From NCBI GenBank assembly GCA_963851265.1, contig CAWKNZ010000002.1, positions 1,280,001 through 1,344,000 on the forward strand: a stretch of DNA of 64,000 nt, in the 5' to 3' direction. The notes under the pieces were generated by a model. The model did not search any database. It saw only the letters and a list, made by a program, of their open reading frames with translations, and had not been told where the DNA came from. The stretch comes from an uncultured Gemmatimonadales bacterium (lineage in GTDB: Bacteria > Gemmatimonadota > Gemmatimonadetes > Gemmatimonadales > Gemmatimonadaceae). Made by a program: the position numbers and the translations under genes. Positions 28,848 through 41,772 of the stretch are shown here, in pieces. Positions within the stretch are counted from its first letter, which is position 1. The number at the start of each line of letters is the position of its first letter.

Positions 28848-29963
28848 GTGGCCGAAGTGGCGCGCGAGGGGGTTCTGCTCCTCGAAGACGGGACGCAGTT
28901 TCGCGGCGAGATCGTCGGCCCGGACGGGCCGACCGTCGCCGAGGTGGTGTTCACGACCAACATGACGGGGTATCAGGAGGTGTTCTCCGACCCGTCCTAC
29001 CGCGGGCAGATCGTCGTGATGACCGCGCCGATGATCGGGAACTACGGCGTGAACGCCGACGATCCCGAGTCGGCCGAGCCGCAAGTCTCGGGTGTCGTCG
29101 TGCGCGAACTCTCGCCCACGTACTCCAACTGGCGCGCCCGCGGCTCGTTAGCGGACTGGCTGGCCGGCGCGAACGTGCCCGTGTTGACCGGGGTCGATAC
29201 GCGGCGCCTCACACGGCACCTGCGCAGCGTCGGCGTGATGCGCGGGGTGATCGCGCTCGGGCGCGACGCGAACCCGGAAGCGCGCGCGGCGCTCGAGGCG
29301 TGTCCCTCGATGGAGGGCCTCGACCTCGCGAGCCGCGTCAGCACGCGCGCGCCGTATGTGTGGGGCAACCCGCGCGCCGACCGCCACATCGTGGCGTACG
29401 ACTACGGCATCAAGCGCAACATCCTGCGTCTATTCGACGACCACGGCTGCCGCGTGACGGTCGTGCCGTCCGACACGCCTCCCGAAGCGGTGCTCGAGCG
29501 TGATCCCGACGGTGTGTTCCTCGCGAACGGGCCCGGTGACCCCGCGGCGGTCGGATACGCGCCGGCGGCCATCCGGACGATCGCCGAACGCGGCGTTCCG
29601 GTGTTCGGCATCTGCCTCGGACACCAGCTGCTCGGCCTAACGTTCGGCGGCAGCACGACCAAGATGCCTTACGGTCACCGCGGCGGGAATCACCCGGTCA
29701 AGGACCTCGCGACGGGCAGCGTGCTCATCACCTCGCAGAACCACGGTTTCGCGGTTACCGGCGACGAGCACGGTGTCGCGGGCGCGACGGCGTTACGCGT
29801 CACCCACGTCAATCTGAACGACGGCAGCGTCGAAGGGCTCGCGCATCGTGAGCTGCCCGTGTTCGGCGTCCAGTACCACCCCGAGGCCGCGCCCGGCCCG
29901 CACGATGGACGTCCGGTGTTCGACGATTTTCTGGCGGCGGTGCGCGCCCGACGTAGCGGCTGA
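28848..29963 (+). CDS. carA: Carbamoyl-phosphate synthase small subunit
   Basis: EVVFTTNMTGYQE, NGPGDP, GICLGHQ and QYHPEAAPGPHD. Confidence 0.96.
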   Translation: MAEVAREGVLLLEDGTQFRGEIVGPDGPTVAEVVFTTNMTGYQEVFSDPSYRGQIVVMTAPMIGNYGVNADDPESAEPQVSGVVVRELSPTYSNWRARGSLADWLAGANVPVLTGVDTRRLTRHLRSVGVMRGVIALGRDANPEARAALEACPSMEGLDLASRVSTRAPYVWGNPRADRHIVAYDYGIKRNILRLFDDHGCRVTVVPSDTPPEAVLERDPDGVFLANGPGDPAAVGYAPAAIRTIAERGVPVFGICLGHQLLGLTFGGSTTKMPYGHRGGNHPVKDLATGSVLITSQNHGFAVTGDEHGVAGATALRVTHVNLNDGSVEGLAHRELPVFGVQYHPEAAPGPHDGRPVFDDFLAAVRARRSG

Positions 29964-30000
29964 GCCACCTCCGGACGAGCGCCCGACGCGAGCCAACCTC

Positions 30001-30029
30001 TTGACCTACAACGAGTAAGCTCGTACGTT
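30001..30029 (+). promoter_or_regulatory. Sigma70-type promoter of the HU/IHF gene
   Basis: TTGACC-17 nt-TACGTT, about 120 nt upstream of the ATG. Confidence 0.6.
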
Positions 30030-30151
30030 CGGGGCGTGTCCGGGCTTCGCCGTCGCGACCCGGCGCGCCGTTCCGGCGGTTCCGACGCGGGTGTTCCCTG
30101 GTCGGGACTGGCACCGCGTGTCGGCCGCGAGACCGTAGCCAGAGAGCTGGG

Positions 30152-30499
30152 ATGACCAAAGCCGACCTCGTCGAGTTGGTGACCGCCGCGATGGCCCGTA
30201 CCGCGGGCCCGACGATCTCGAAGAAGGACTGTGCGCGCGTGGTCGACACGTTCCTCGACGCGATCAAGGACGCGCTCCACGAGCAGCGCAACATCGAGGT
30301 CCGCGGCTTCGGCACGTTCAAGATCCGTCAGCGTAAGACGCGAATGGCGCGAAATCCTCGGACCGGCTCGCCAGTCGAGGTGTCCGCCCGGCCGGTGCCG
30401 GTTTTCAAGCCGTCCAAGGAACTGCGCGCACTCGTCGCTGGCGTCGACGTGTCCGTGATCGAACACGAGATGGAGCACGAGACCGAAACGGTGGACTGA
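30152..30499 (+). CDS. HU/IHF family DNA-binding protein
   Basis: MTKADLVE, IEVRGFGTF and ARNPRTG...FKPSKELR. Confidence 0.95.
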   Translation: MTKADLVELVTAAMARTAGPTISKKDCARVVDTFLDAIKDALHEQRNIEVRGFGTFKIRQRKTRMARNPRTGSPVEVSARPVPVFKPSKELRALVAGVDVSVIEHEMEHETETVD

Positions 30500-30632
30500 C
30501 GCACGCGTCGACGCCGTCCACCCGAGCCCGCTCGATCGCGTAATACGAGCGATGCGCGTCGACGGGATCGCGCGACCGTACGGCTGAGCTGCACGTTCGC
30601 ACGAGGCGATGCGCGAAGATGTGCGATGAAGG

Positions 30633-30659
30633 GAACGGCCCCGCACTCCGGGGCCGTTC
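30633..30659 (+). terminator. Putative intrinsic terminator after the HU/IHF gene
   Basis: GAACGGCCCCG-cactc-CGGGGCCGTTC followed by GTCGTGTGT. Confidence 0.55.
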
Positions 30660-30752
30660 GTCGTGTGTGGCCGTGCGGCGTCCGTTGCTGCCCCCCAGCA
30701 CGGCCGATAGCTTGGCGAAGCTGGCCGCGCACCCTCACACGCCTCGCCTGAC

Positions 30753-31682
30753 ATGGTCAACAAGATCACGGTCGTGGGCGCCGGAAACGTCGGCGCCACG
30801 ACCGCGCAACGCATTGCAGAAAAGGAACTCGCCCGCACGGTCGTGATGGTCGACGTGGCCGAGGGCATCCCGCAGGGGAAGGGCCTCGACCAGTACCAGA
30901 GCGCGCCCGTCGAAGGCTTCGACACCCGCGTCATCGGGACCAACGGTTACGAAGAGACCGCCGGCTCGGACGTCGTCGTCATCACCGCGGGCATCGCGCG
31001 AAAGCCCGGCATGTCGCGCGACGACCTCCTCAACACGAACGCCGGGATCGTGAAGTCGGTCGGCGAGCAGATCGCTGCGACCTCGCCCGACGCGATCGTC
31101 ATCGTCGTATCCAACCCGCTCGACGTGATGTGCTACGTCGCGAAGCAGGCGACGGGCTTCCCGCGTGAACGCGTGATCGGGATGGCCGGCGTGCTCGACA
31201 CGGCGCGCTATCGCGCGTTCCTCGCCGAGGCGATGGACGTGAGCGTGCGCGACATCCAGGCGATGGTGCTCGGCGGGCACGGCGACACGATGGTGCCGCT
31301 CATCAGCTACACGTCGGTGAGCGGAATCCCGGTCACGCAGTTGCTCGCGCAGGACAAGCTCGACGCGATCGTCGACCGCACCCGCAACGGCGGGGCGGAG
31401 ATCGTGAAGCACCTCAAGACGGGGTCCGCGTACTACGCGCCGTCGAGCGGCGCGGTGCAGATGGTCGAGGCGATCGTGCAGGACCAGCGCCGCATCCTCC
31501 CGTGCGCCGCTTGGCTGCAGGGCGAGTACGGCATGTCGGACCTCTTCCTCGGCGTTCCCTGCAAGCTCGGCAAGGGCGGATTGCAGCAGGTGATCGAGGT
31601 CCAGCTGACGGCGGACGAGCGCGCGGCGCTCGAACGGAGCGCGCAGGCCGTGCGCGAGCCGATGGCCTCCGTCAAGCTTTGA
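30753..31682 (+). CDS. mdh: Malate dehydrogenase (LDH-like)
   Basis: [27 protein letters not shown] and GGHGD. Confidence 0.97.
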   Translation: MVNKITVVGAGNVGATTAQRIAEKELARTVVMVDVAEGIPQGKGLDQYQSAPVEGFDTRVIGTNGYEETAGSDVVVITAGIARKPGMSRDDLLNTNAGIVKSVGEQIAATSPDAIVIVVSNPLDVMCYVAKQATGFPRERVIGMAGVLDTARYRAFLAEAMDVSVRDIQAMVLGGHGDTMVPLISYTSVSGIPVTQLLAQDKLDAIVDRTRNGGAEIVKHLKTGSAYYAPSSGAVQMVEAIVQDQRRILPCAAWLQGEYGMSDLFLGVPCKLGKGGLQQVIEVQLTADERAALERSAQAVREPMASVKL

Positions 31683-31702
31683 ACGTTCACCCGACCTGAT
31701 CG

Positions 31703-32476
31703 ATGCAGCTGGTCCGCAATTTCTGGCAGTCGCAACTTGGGAAGAAGGTCGTCATGGCCGTCACCGGCCTGATCGGCGTCGGGTTCGTGATCGGCCACAT
31801 GGCCGGCAACCTTCAGATGTTCGAGGGGCCGGACAAGATCAACGGCTACGCGCACTTCCTGCACGGTACCATGGGGAACGCCCTCTGGATCGTGCGGCTC
31901 GTGCTGATCAGCGCGGTGGTCGCCCACGTGGTCGCCGCGGTGCAGCTGACGCGGCAGAAGCAGGCCGCTCGGCCCGCGGCGTACGGGTACAAGAAGTGGG
32001 AGCCGCAGGTGTCGACGTTCGCCTCACGCAGCATCCGGTGGGGCGGGGCGTACCTCCTCGTCTGGCTCGTGTTCCACATCCTGCACTTCACGGCACGCGC
32101 GATCTTCCCGAACTACAGCGAGACCGACGTCTACGGGAACGTGGTGAAGGGCTTCAGCCACCCCTGGGTGGTCGCCCTGTACGTCGTGGCGATGTTCTTC
32201 CTCGCCCTGCACCTCTATCACGGCGCGTGGAGCTCGGTGCGCACGTTAGGCCTGAGCCGCCCGAAGCCGCGGCCGACCTCGCGCAACGTGGCCACCGTGG
32301 TCGCGGCCGTCGTGGCGCTCGGCTTCATCGCGGTGCCGCTCGGCGTGCTGTTCGGGGTCGTGCGGCCGCGCGCCGACTCGATCACCGCGGGGGTGCCGGC
32401 CGGCGAGGCCGGCGCGCCCAACTCGTCGGCGCACGCGCCGCACCCCGCCGACTCGGCCGGCGCAGCGGCGCGCTAG
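31703..32476 (+). CDS. sdhC: Succinate dehydrogenase cytochrome b subunit
   Basis: [10 protein letters not shown]...HMAGNL, five TM helices with His ligands, upstream of sdhA. Confidence 0.93.
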   Translation: MQLVRNFWQSQLGKKVVMAVTGLIGVGFVIGHMAGNLQMFEGPDKINGYAHFLHGTMGNALWIVRLVLISAVVAHVVAAVQLTRQKQAARPAAYGYKKWEPQVSTFASRSIRWGGAYLLVWLVFHILHFTARAIFPNYSETDVYGNVVKGFSHPWVVALYVVAMFFLALHLYHGAWSSVRTLGLSRPKPRPTSRNVATVVAAVVALGFIAVPLGVLFGVVRPRADSITAGVPAGEAGAPNSSAHAPHPADSAGAAAR

Positions 32477-32531
32477 CAGCACCGCTGCGGTTAGTTCGGC
32501 ATCACGCGCTAGGGACCACAGGCATCCGACG

Positions 32532-34481
<1,950 letters not shown>

Positions 34482-34491
34482 GGCAGCACCC

Positions 34492-35265
34492 GTGAAGATC
34501 ACGCTCCACGTCTGGCGCCAGGCATCGCCCACCGCCGCCGGCAAGCTCGTCACCTACGAGGTGCCCGGCATCACGCCGGACATGTCGTTCCTCGAGATGT
34601 TCGACACGCTCAACGAGACGCTCGTCGAGCGCAACGAGGAGCCGGTCGCCTTCCAACACGATTGCCGCGAGGGGATCTGCGGCTCGTGCGGGATGATGGT
34701 GAACGGCGCCGCGCACGGCCCGCTCAAGGGCGTCGCCGTCTGTCAGCTGCACATGCGTTCGTTCAAGGACGGCGACGAGATCGTCGTCGAGCCGTGGCGC
34801 GCGCGCGCGTTCCCGATCGTCAAGGATCTCGTCGTCGACCGCGGGGCGTTCGACCGGATCATCCAGGCGGGCGGCTACATCTCGGCGAACACGGGCGGCG
34901 CCCGCGACGCGAACGAGATCCTGATCCCGAAGCCCGACGCGGACGCCGCGATGGACGCCGCCGCATGCATCGGATGCGGCGCGTGCGTGGCCGCGTGCCC
35001 CAACGCGTCGGCGTCGCTGTTCACGGGGGCCAAGGTGAGCCACCTGGGTCTGCTGCCGCAGGGCCAGCCGGAGCGGTTCCGCCGCGTCGTCGAGATGGTC
35101 GAACAGATGGACCTCGAGGGCTTCGGCCACTGCACGTGGTACGGCGAGTGTCAGGAGGCCTGCCCGAAGCTGATCTCGATCGACGTGATCAGCCGGATGG
35201 ACCGCGACTACATCCGCGCGTCGCTTTCGGCCAAGCAGGAGTCTGCCGCCGAGTACGCGGGCTGA
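34492..35265 (+). CDS. sdhB: Succinate dehydrogenase/fumarate reductase iron-sulfur subunit
   Basis: [20 protein letters not shown] and [12 protein letters not shown]. Confidence 0.96.
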   Translation: MKITLHVWRQASPTAAGKLVTYEVPGITPDMSFLEMFDTLNETLVERNEEPVAFQHDCREGICGSCGMMVNGAAHGPLKGVAVCQLHMRSFKDGDEIVVEPWRARAFPIVKDLVVDRGAFDRIIQAGGYISANTGGARDANEILIPKPDADAAMDAAACIGCGACVAACPNASASLFTGAKVSHLGLLPQGQPERFRRVVEMVEQMDLEGFGHCTWYGECQEACPKLISIDVISRMDRDYIRASLSAKQESAAEYAG

Positions 35266-35289
35266 TCACGGCCTGAGTCGGCCGACCGG

Positions 35290-35330
35290 ACGGGCCAGCG
35301 CCGACCACCTTCGGCGCTGGCCCGTTTGCT
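35290..35330 (+). terminator. Intrinsic terminator after sdhB
   Basis: 15-bp stem ACGGGCCAGCGCCGA-ccacct-TCGGCGCTGGCCCGT, followed by TTGCT. Confidence 0.75.
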
Positions 35331-35375
35331 GCCTCCACGGCCGGTGGACGCGTCACATTAGCGGAGCAGACCAGA

Positions 35376-35879
35376 ATGGCCGACGACATTACCCCGGGCG
35401 AAGCGAGCCTTCTGCGCGGCGGGCCGCAACTGAACATCCAGGAAGCCCGCGCCGTCGCAAACGACGCCGGCACGGTCCGGGGCGAGGCGCCCCACGACAC
35501 CGCCGACCGCGAGGTGTTGGAGACCGGTCCGCGCGCGAACGTCGCGACGTCGAATCTCGCCGGCACCGCGGGCGCGAGCGCCGGGAGCAGTCAGCAGTCG
35601 ACCGAGCGGCCCCCCGACGATCGCCCGTACACCGACTCCGAGACGGCGCTCGGCGGCGCCGACGCGGTGCAGAAGACGACGTGGGGCGTCGGGCACGGTA
35701 CCGAACCGGACGGGCGGCAGGAGTACGCGCCGGTGGGCCAGGGCGACCTCAAGAAGGGCGACAAGGGGCCGGTCGTCGCTCGCGTGGGCTCCGGCGGCGG
35801 CCTGAGTCCGGTCGCGCTCGTCATCATCGTGCTCGCCGTCTTGGCCGGCTTGGTGTACGCGTTCGGGATCTTCCGTTAG
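35376..35879 (+). CDS. Hypothetical protein with a disordered N-terminus and one C-terminal TM helix
   Basis: GGAG upstream, GC3-biased codons and hydrophobic end VALVIIVLAVLAGLVYAFGIFR. Confidence 0.7.
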   Translation: MADDITPGEASLLRGGPQLNIQEARAVANDAGTVRGEAPHDTADREVLETGPRANVATSNLAGTAGASAGSSQQSTERPPDDRPYTDSETALGGADAVQKTTWGVGHGTEPDGRQEYAPVGQGDLKKGDKGPVVARVGSGGGLSPVALVIIVLAVLAGLVYAFGIFR

Positions 35880-35881
35880 CG

Positions 35882-36436
35882 CTACAGCTTGGGGAGCGTC
35901 ACGCCGACCTGCCCCTGGTACTTCCCGGCCTTGTCACGGTACGAGACCTCGGGCGGTTCCTCGCCCTTGAAGAACAGCACCTGCGCGATCCCCTCGTTGG
36001 CGTAGATCTTCGCCGGGAGCGGTGTCGTGTTTGAGATTTCGAGCGTGACGAACCCTTCCCACTCGGGCTCGAACGGCGTCACGTTGGTGATGATCCCGCA
36101 CCTGGCGTAGGTGCTCTTGCCGACGCAGATCGTGACGACGTCGCGCGGGATGCGGAAGTACTCGATCGAGCGCGCGAGTGCGAACGAGTTGGGCGGCACG
36201 ATGCAGACGTCGCCTTCGAACTCCACGAACGATTTCGGGTCGAACGCCTTCGGGTCGACGATGGAGTTCAGCACGTTCGTGAAGATGCGGAACTCGCGCG
36301 CGACGCGCATGTCGTACCCGTACGAGCTCACGCCGTACGAGATGACCCCCGATCGCACCTGACGGTCCTCGAACGGCTCGATCATGCCGTGCTCGCGGGC
36401 CATGCGGGTGATCCAGCGGTCGGACTGAATGGTCAT
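35882..36436 (-). CDS. dcd: dCTP deaminase
   Basis: [28 protein letters not shown] and PFEPEWEG. Confidence 0.96.
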   Translation of the reverse strand: MTIQSDRWITRMAREHGMIEPFEDRQVRSGVISYGVSSYGYDMRVAREFRIFTNVLNSIVDPKAFDPKSFVEFEGDVCIVPPNSFALARSIEYFRIPRDVVTICVGKSTYARCGIITNVTPFEPEWEGFVTLEISNTTPLPAKIYANEGIAQVLFFKGEEPPEVSYRDKAGKYQGQVGVTLPKL

Positions 36437-36617
36437 GTGCGGCGGTGCAGGGGGCGGGGTAGGCGGCCACGGCTGGTTCGTGTCGGCGCGACGCGGCAAC
36501 GGCGTGGCGCGGGAACATAGGCGCGCCGCGTGCATGCAACCACCGCCGCATGCGCCCTCGTGCGATGCGCTCGTTCGGGTAGCAGGGGGGGCACGTTTCG
36601 ACTACCTTACGACGTGT

Positions 36618-36635
36618 TTGTGAATCTTTTCACGA
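36618..36635. promoter_or_regulatory. Putative Rex operator upstream of nuoA
   Basis: TTGTGAA-TCTT-TTCACGA, one mismatch to TTGTGAA-N4-TTCACAA, just downstream of a -10-like TACCTT (36603-36608). Confidence 0.7.
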
Positions 36636-36666
36636 GCCCAGCATCGCCTTCGGAACAGCCTCAGCC

Positions 36667-37071
36667 GTGACGCGCGCGTACCTGCCCATTCTGCTGCTGA
36701 TCGGCGTCGTGACCGCCATGGCCGCGACGTTCATCCTGCTCAGCGCGATCACCGTCAAACCGCAGCGCAACGCGGTCAAGCAGCAGGCGTACGAGTCGGG
36801 GATCGCCCCACTCGGCGACGCGCGCGAACGGTTCAGCGTCAAGTTCTACCTCGTGGCGATGCTGTTCATCGTCTTCGACATCGAGACGGTCTTCCTCGTC
36901 CCGTGGGGCGCGTTTTACCGGCAGCTGTCGTGTTCGGTGCCGCTGGTGGCCGCGGGCTGCCCGGCGGGGCAGGCGTCGTTCTTCGGCCTCGGCGAGATGC
37001 TCGTTTTCATGGCGATCCTCGTCGTCGGCCTCGTTTACGTTTGGCGGAAGGGAGCGCTCCAGTGGGACTGA
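36667..37071 (+). CDS. nuoA: NADH-quinone oxidoreductase subunit A
   Basis: [18 protein letters not shown] and WRKGALQWD. Confidence 0.96.
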   Translation: MTRAYLPILLLIGVVTAMAATFILLSAITVKPQRNAVKQQAYESGIAPLGDARERFSVKFYLVAMLFIVFDIETVFLVPWGAFYRQLSCSVPLVAAGCPAGQASFFGLGEMLVFMAILVVGLVYVWRKGALQWD

Positions 37072-37694
37072 TCACCAAGCCGGAAGCCGGCGTGAGGACG
37101 CGCGGCGTGGCGGATGCGTCGCCCGATTCGTGGGTCACGACGCGGCTGGATTTCCTCGTGAACTGGGCGCGGTCGAACTCGCTGTGGCCGATGCCGTTCG
37201 GCACCGCGTGCTGCGCGATCGAGTTCATGGCGACGGCCGCGAGCCGCTTCGACCTCGCGCGATTCGGTATGGAGCGGCTGAGCTATTCGCCGCGCCAGGC
37301 GGACGTCCTGCTCTGCGCGGGGCGCGTCCCGTACAAGCTCGCGCCGGTGATCCGCCGCATCTACCAGCAGATGCCCAACCCGAAATGGGTGATCTCGATG
37401 GGCGCGTGCGCCTCGACCGGCGGCATGTTCGACAACTACGCCGTCGTGCAGGGGATCGACACGATCATCCCGGTCGACGTCTACGTTCCGGGGTGCCCGC
37501 CGCGGCCCGAGTCGCTGATGTACGGCATCATGCTCCTGCAGGACAAGGTGAAGAACGAGCGTTTGCGCGACGGCGCGCGCCACGTCGAGATCGACCCCGA
37601 CCCGTCGAGCCAGCTCTACATCCCGCCCTCGGCGATCGACGAGATCGCGCAGAACTTCGGGAACTCGGTGCACCAGACGCGCTCCAGCGTCTGA
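37062..37694 (+). CDS. nuoB: NADH-quinone oxidoreductase subunit B
   Basis: [20 protein letters not shown] and VPGCPPRPE. Confidence 0.96.
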   Translation: MGLITKPEAGVRTRGVADASPDSWVTTRLDFLVNWARSNSLWPMPFGTACCAIEFMATAASRFDLARFGMERLSYSPRQADVLLCAGRVPYKLAPVIRRIYQQMPNPKWVISMGACASTGGMFDNYAVVQGIDTIIPVDVYVPGCPPRPESLMYGIMLLQDKVKNERLRDGARHVEIDPDPSSQLYIPPSAIDEIAQNFGNSVHQTRSSV

Positions 37695-37732
37695 GCGCGC
37701 CGGATCCCGACTCGCATCGCGACGCGTTAGAC

Positions 37733-38455
37733 ATGGCCGTCACCTTCCGCCCGTACACCGTCGGCTCGGCGCTCCCGAACGGCAGCCCGGGGCCGACCAC
37801 GCCGGTCGCCGTGCCGCACCGGGGCGGCGAGCCGAACCCGACTGCGGCCGCGCTCCGGGCCCGGTTCGGCGACGTCGTGCGCCGCGTCGACGTCGTTTGG
37901 GGAGAGACCACCGTCCAGATCGACGGCGCGCGCGTGCTCGACGTCGTGCGCTGGCTGCACGACGACGACGCGCAGCGCTACGACATGCTGATCGACCTGA
38001 CCGCGGTCGAGTACCGCGACGCCGAGCAGCCGCTCGAGGTCGTGTGGCACCTCCGGTCCCTGCCGTTCCGCCGCTTCATCCGACTGAAGGCGGAGCTGGA
38101 GAAGGGCGCCCCGCTCTCGGTGTCGAGCGTGTGGCCCGTGTTCAAGAGCGCGGACTGGCTCGAGCGGGAGTGCTACGACCTGTTCGGGATCCGCTTCGAC
38201 GGGCACCCGGACCTGCGGCGCATCCTCACGTGGGACTCGTACCGCGAGGGGCATCCGCTGCGGAAGGACTTCCCGCTGCGCGGCCGGTTCAGCCGCTCCG
38301 AGCAGTTGCGGCAGGCGCTCACGACCGAGCCGGAAGCGAACTACTCGATGGAAGAGTTGACCGTGGCCGAGGCGTACGCGCAGCTGCCCGCCGACATGCG
38401 GCAGCGGCTCGGCGCCGGCAAGAAGGGCGGCCCGGCCGAATCGACGGAGATGTGA
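37733..38455 (+). CDS. nuoC: NADH-quinone oxidoreductase subunit C
   Basis: WLERECYDLFGIRFDGHPDLRRI...HPLRKDFP. Confidence 0.95.
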   Translation: MAVTFRPYTVGSALPNGSPGPTTPVAVPHRGGEPNPTAAALRARFGDVVRRVDVVWGETTVQIDGARVLDVVRWLHDDDAQRYDMLIDLTAVEYRDAEQPLEVVWHLRSLPFRRFIRLKAELEKGAPLSVSSVWPVFKSADWLERECYDLFGIRFDGHPDLRRILTWDSYREGHPLRKDFPLRGRFSRSEQLRQALTTEPEANYSMEELTVAEAYAQLPADMRQRLGAGKKGGPAESTEM

Positions 38456-38464
38456 CGGACTGAG

Positions 38465-39793
38465 ATGGCGACCACCACGCGTACACTCGAAGTCGCGCTC
38501 GCGACCAACGGCGTCGGGCCGGACGGCCGCCCGCAGCGCATCCCGCTCGCCGTCGACGGGCACGCGCGCGCGGTCTCGCTCCCCGACGCGCTCGCCGACG
38601 GCTCGGCCGCCGCGCCCGAGCTCGAGGGCGAGCATATGCTCATCAACATCGGTCCGCAGCACCCGGCCACGCACGGAGTGCTCCGGCTCGTGCTCGAACT
38701 CGATGGCGAGACGGTGGTCCGCTGCGTGCCGCACATCGGCTACCTGCACTGCGGCTTCGAGAAGATCGGCGAGTACCGCCAGTACAACCAGATCATCCCC
38801 TGGACGGATCGCGAGGATTACCTCAATTCGCCGGGGAACAACGTCGCGTTCGCGCTGGGCGCGGAGCGGCTGTTCGGGATCGAGATCACGCCGCGCTGCA
38901 CCGTGCTGCGCGTGATCGCGATGGAGCTGTCGCGCATCATGTCACACCTCGTCTGGCTCGGGACGACGGCGGTCGACATCGGCGCGTTCACGCCCTTCCT
39001 CTGGACGTTCCAGGAGCGTGAGGCCATCTACGACCTGCTCGAGCAGTGGTGCGGCGCGCGGCTCACCACGTCGCTCACGCGCGTCGGCGGCATGGCGGCG
39101 GACCTGCCCGACAACGGGTGGCTCGACGGCCTGCGGCAGCTCACGGAGCGGCTGCCGAAGACGCTCGACGAGACCGACCGCATGCTCACGCGGAACGCGA
39201 TCTGGGTCGGGCGGACGATCGGCCTCGGCGTGATGAACCAGGAGGAAGCGCTGAACTACGGGCTCACGGGGCCGCTCCTTCGCGCCTCGGGCGTCGCGTA
39301 CGACGTGCGCAAGGACTTCCCGTACCTCGGCTACGAGACGTACGACTTCGACGTTCCGGTCGGGACCAACGGCGACGTGTACGACCGGTATCTCGTGCGC
39401 ATGGAGGAGATGCGTCAGAGCGTGCACATCCTCACGCAGGCGCTCGAGCGGTTGCCCGAGGGACCGGTGAACGTCGACGATCCGCGTGTCATCCTGCCGC
39501 CCAAGCACAAGGCGCAGAGCGAGATGGAGAGCATGATCCATCACTTCAAGCTCGTGATGGAGGGGCCGCGCCCGCCGGTCGGCGAATGCTACGTCGCCGT
39601 CGAGAGTCCGAAGGGCGAGAAGGGCTACTACATGGTGTCGGACGGCACGTCCAAGCCGGTGCGCTGGCGCATCCGCCCGCCGTCGTTCGTCAACCTGTCG
39701 GCGATCCCGAAGATGGTCGAGGGGCACCTCCTGTCGGATGTGATCGTCGTGAACGCCAGCATCGACATCGTCATGGGAGAGATCGACCGGTGA
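38465..39793 (+). CDS. nuoD: NADH-quinone oxidoreductase subunit D
   Basis: NIGPQHPATHGVLRL, ESPKGE and DIVMGEIDR. Confidence 0.97.
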   Translation: MATTTRTLEVALATNGVGPDGRPQRIPLAVDGHARAVSLPDALADGSAAAPELEGEHMLINIGPQHPATHGVLRLVLELDGETVVRCVPHIGYLHCGFEKIGEYRQYNQIIPWTDREDYLNSPGNNVAFALGAERLFGIEITPRCTVLRVIAMELSRIMSHLVWLGTTAVDIGAFTPFLWTFQEREAIYDLLEQWCGARLTTSLTRVGGMAADLPDNGWLDGLRQLTERLPKTLDETDRMLTRNAIWVGRTIGLGVMNQEEALNYGLTGPLLRASGVAYDVRKDFPYLGYETYDFDVPVGTNGDVYDRYLVRMEEMRQSVHILTQALERLPEGPVNVDDPRVILPPKHKAQSEMESMIHHFKLVMEGPRPPVGECYVAVESPKGEKGYYMVSDGTSKPVRWRIRPPSFVNLSAIPKMVEGHLLSDVIVVNASIDIVMGEIDR

Positions 39794-40353
39794 GCCACGG
39801 CCCGATGACGCCGATGGCGGCCCCGAGCGAGGCGCTGCTGCGGCACGGCAACGAGCACGGGCACGCGCCGTACGCGCCGGTGTTCACGCCTGGCACCGCC
39901 GAGCGCGCCGAGCTCGACACGCTCCTCACGCGCTACCCGACCAAAATGGCGGCGCTGCTCCCGGCGCTCTGGATGGTGCAGCGCGCGCGCGGCTGGGTGA
40001 GCGACGAGGCGATGGCCGAGGTGTCCGCGGTGCTCGACCTCACGCCCGCGTACGTGAAGGGCGTCGTGACGTTCTACACGATGTACCATCAACACCCGGT
40101 CGGGGCGCACTTCATCCAGGTGTGCACGACGACGCCGTGCAACGTGTGCGGCGCAGAGGACGTAGTCGACGCGTTCCTGACGCACACGGGGTGTGGCGAA
40201 CTCGGCGTCACGTCGCCCGACGGCCGCTACACGGTGATCGAGGTCGAGTGCCTCGGCGCGTGCGGCTTTCCGACGCCGGTGCAGATCAACGACACGTACG
40301 TCGAGTCGGTGACGCCCGAGCGCGTCCCCGAGGTCCTCGCGGCCCTCCGCTAG
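39790..40353 (+). CDS. nuoE: NADH-quinone oxidoreductase subunit E
   Basis: TFYTMY, CTTTPC and ECLGAC. Confidence 0.94.
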   Translation: MSHGPMTPMAAPSEALLRHGNEHGHAPYAPVFTPGTAERAELDTLLTRYPTKMAALLPALWMVQRARGWVSDEAMAEVSAVLDLTPAYVKGVVTFYTMYHQHPVGAHFIQVCTTTPCNVCGAEDVVDAFLTHTGCGELGVTSPDGRYTVIEVECLGACGFPTPVQINDTYVESVTPERVPEVLAALR

Positions 40354-40374
40354 CTTCCGTTAGGCACACGCACC

Positions 40375-41757
<1,383 letters not shown>

Positions 41758-41772
41758 CGGAGACGATGCGCG

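Noticed and set aside
30500..30752. Possible ncRNA or riboswitch in the HU-mdh intergenic region
   Set aside because: I see only short GC hairpins and a terminator-like stem, with no recognisable family motif by eye. An Rfam scan would be needed.
31680..31689. Palindrome TGAACGTTCA at the mdh stop, upstream of sdhC
   Set aside because: It is short, overlaps the stop codon and has no associated promoter, so it is likely chance.
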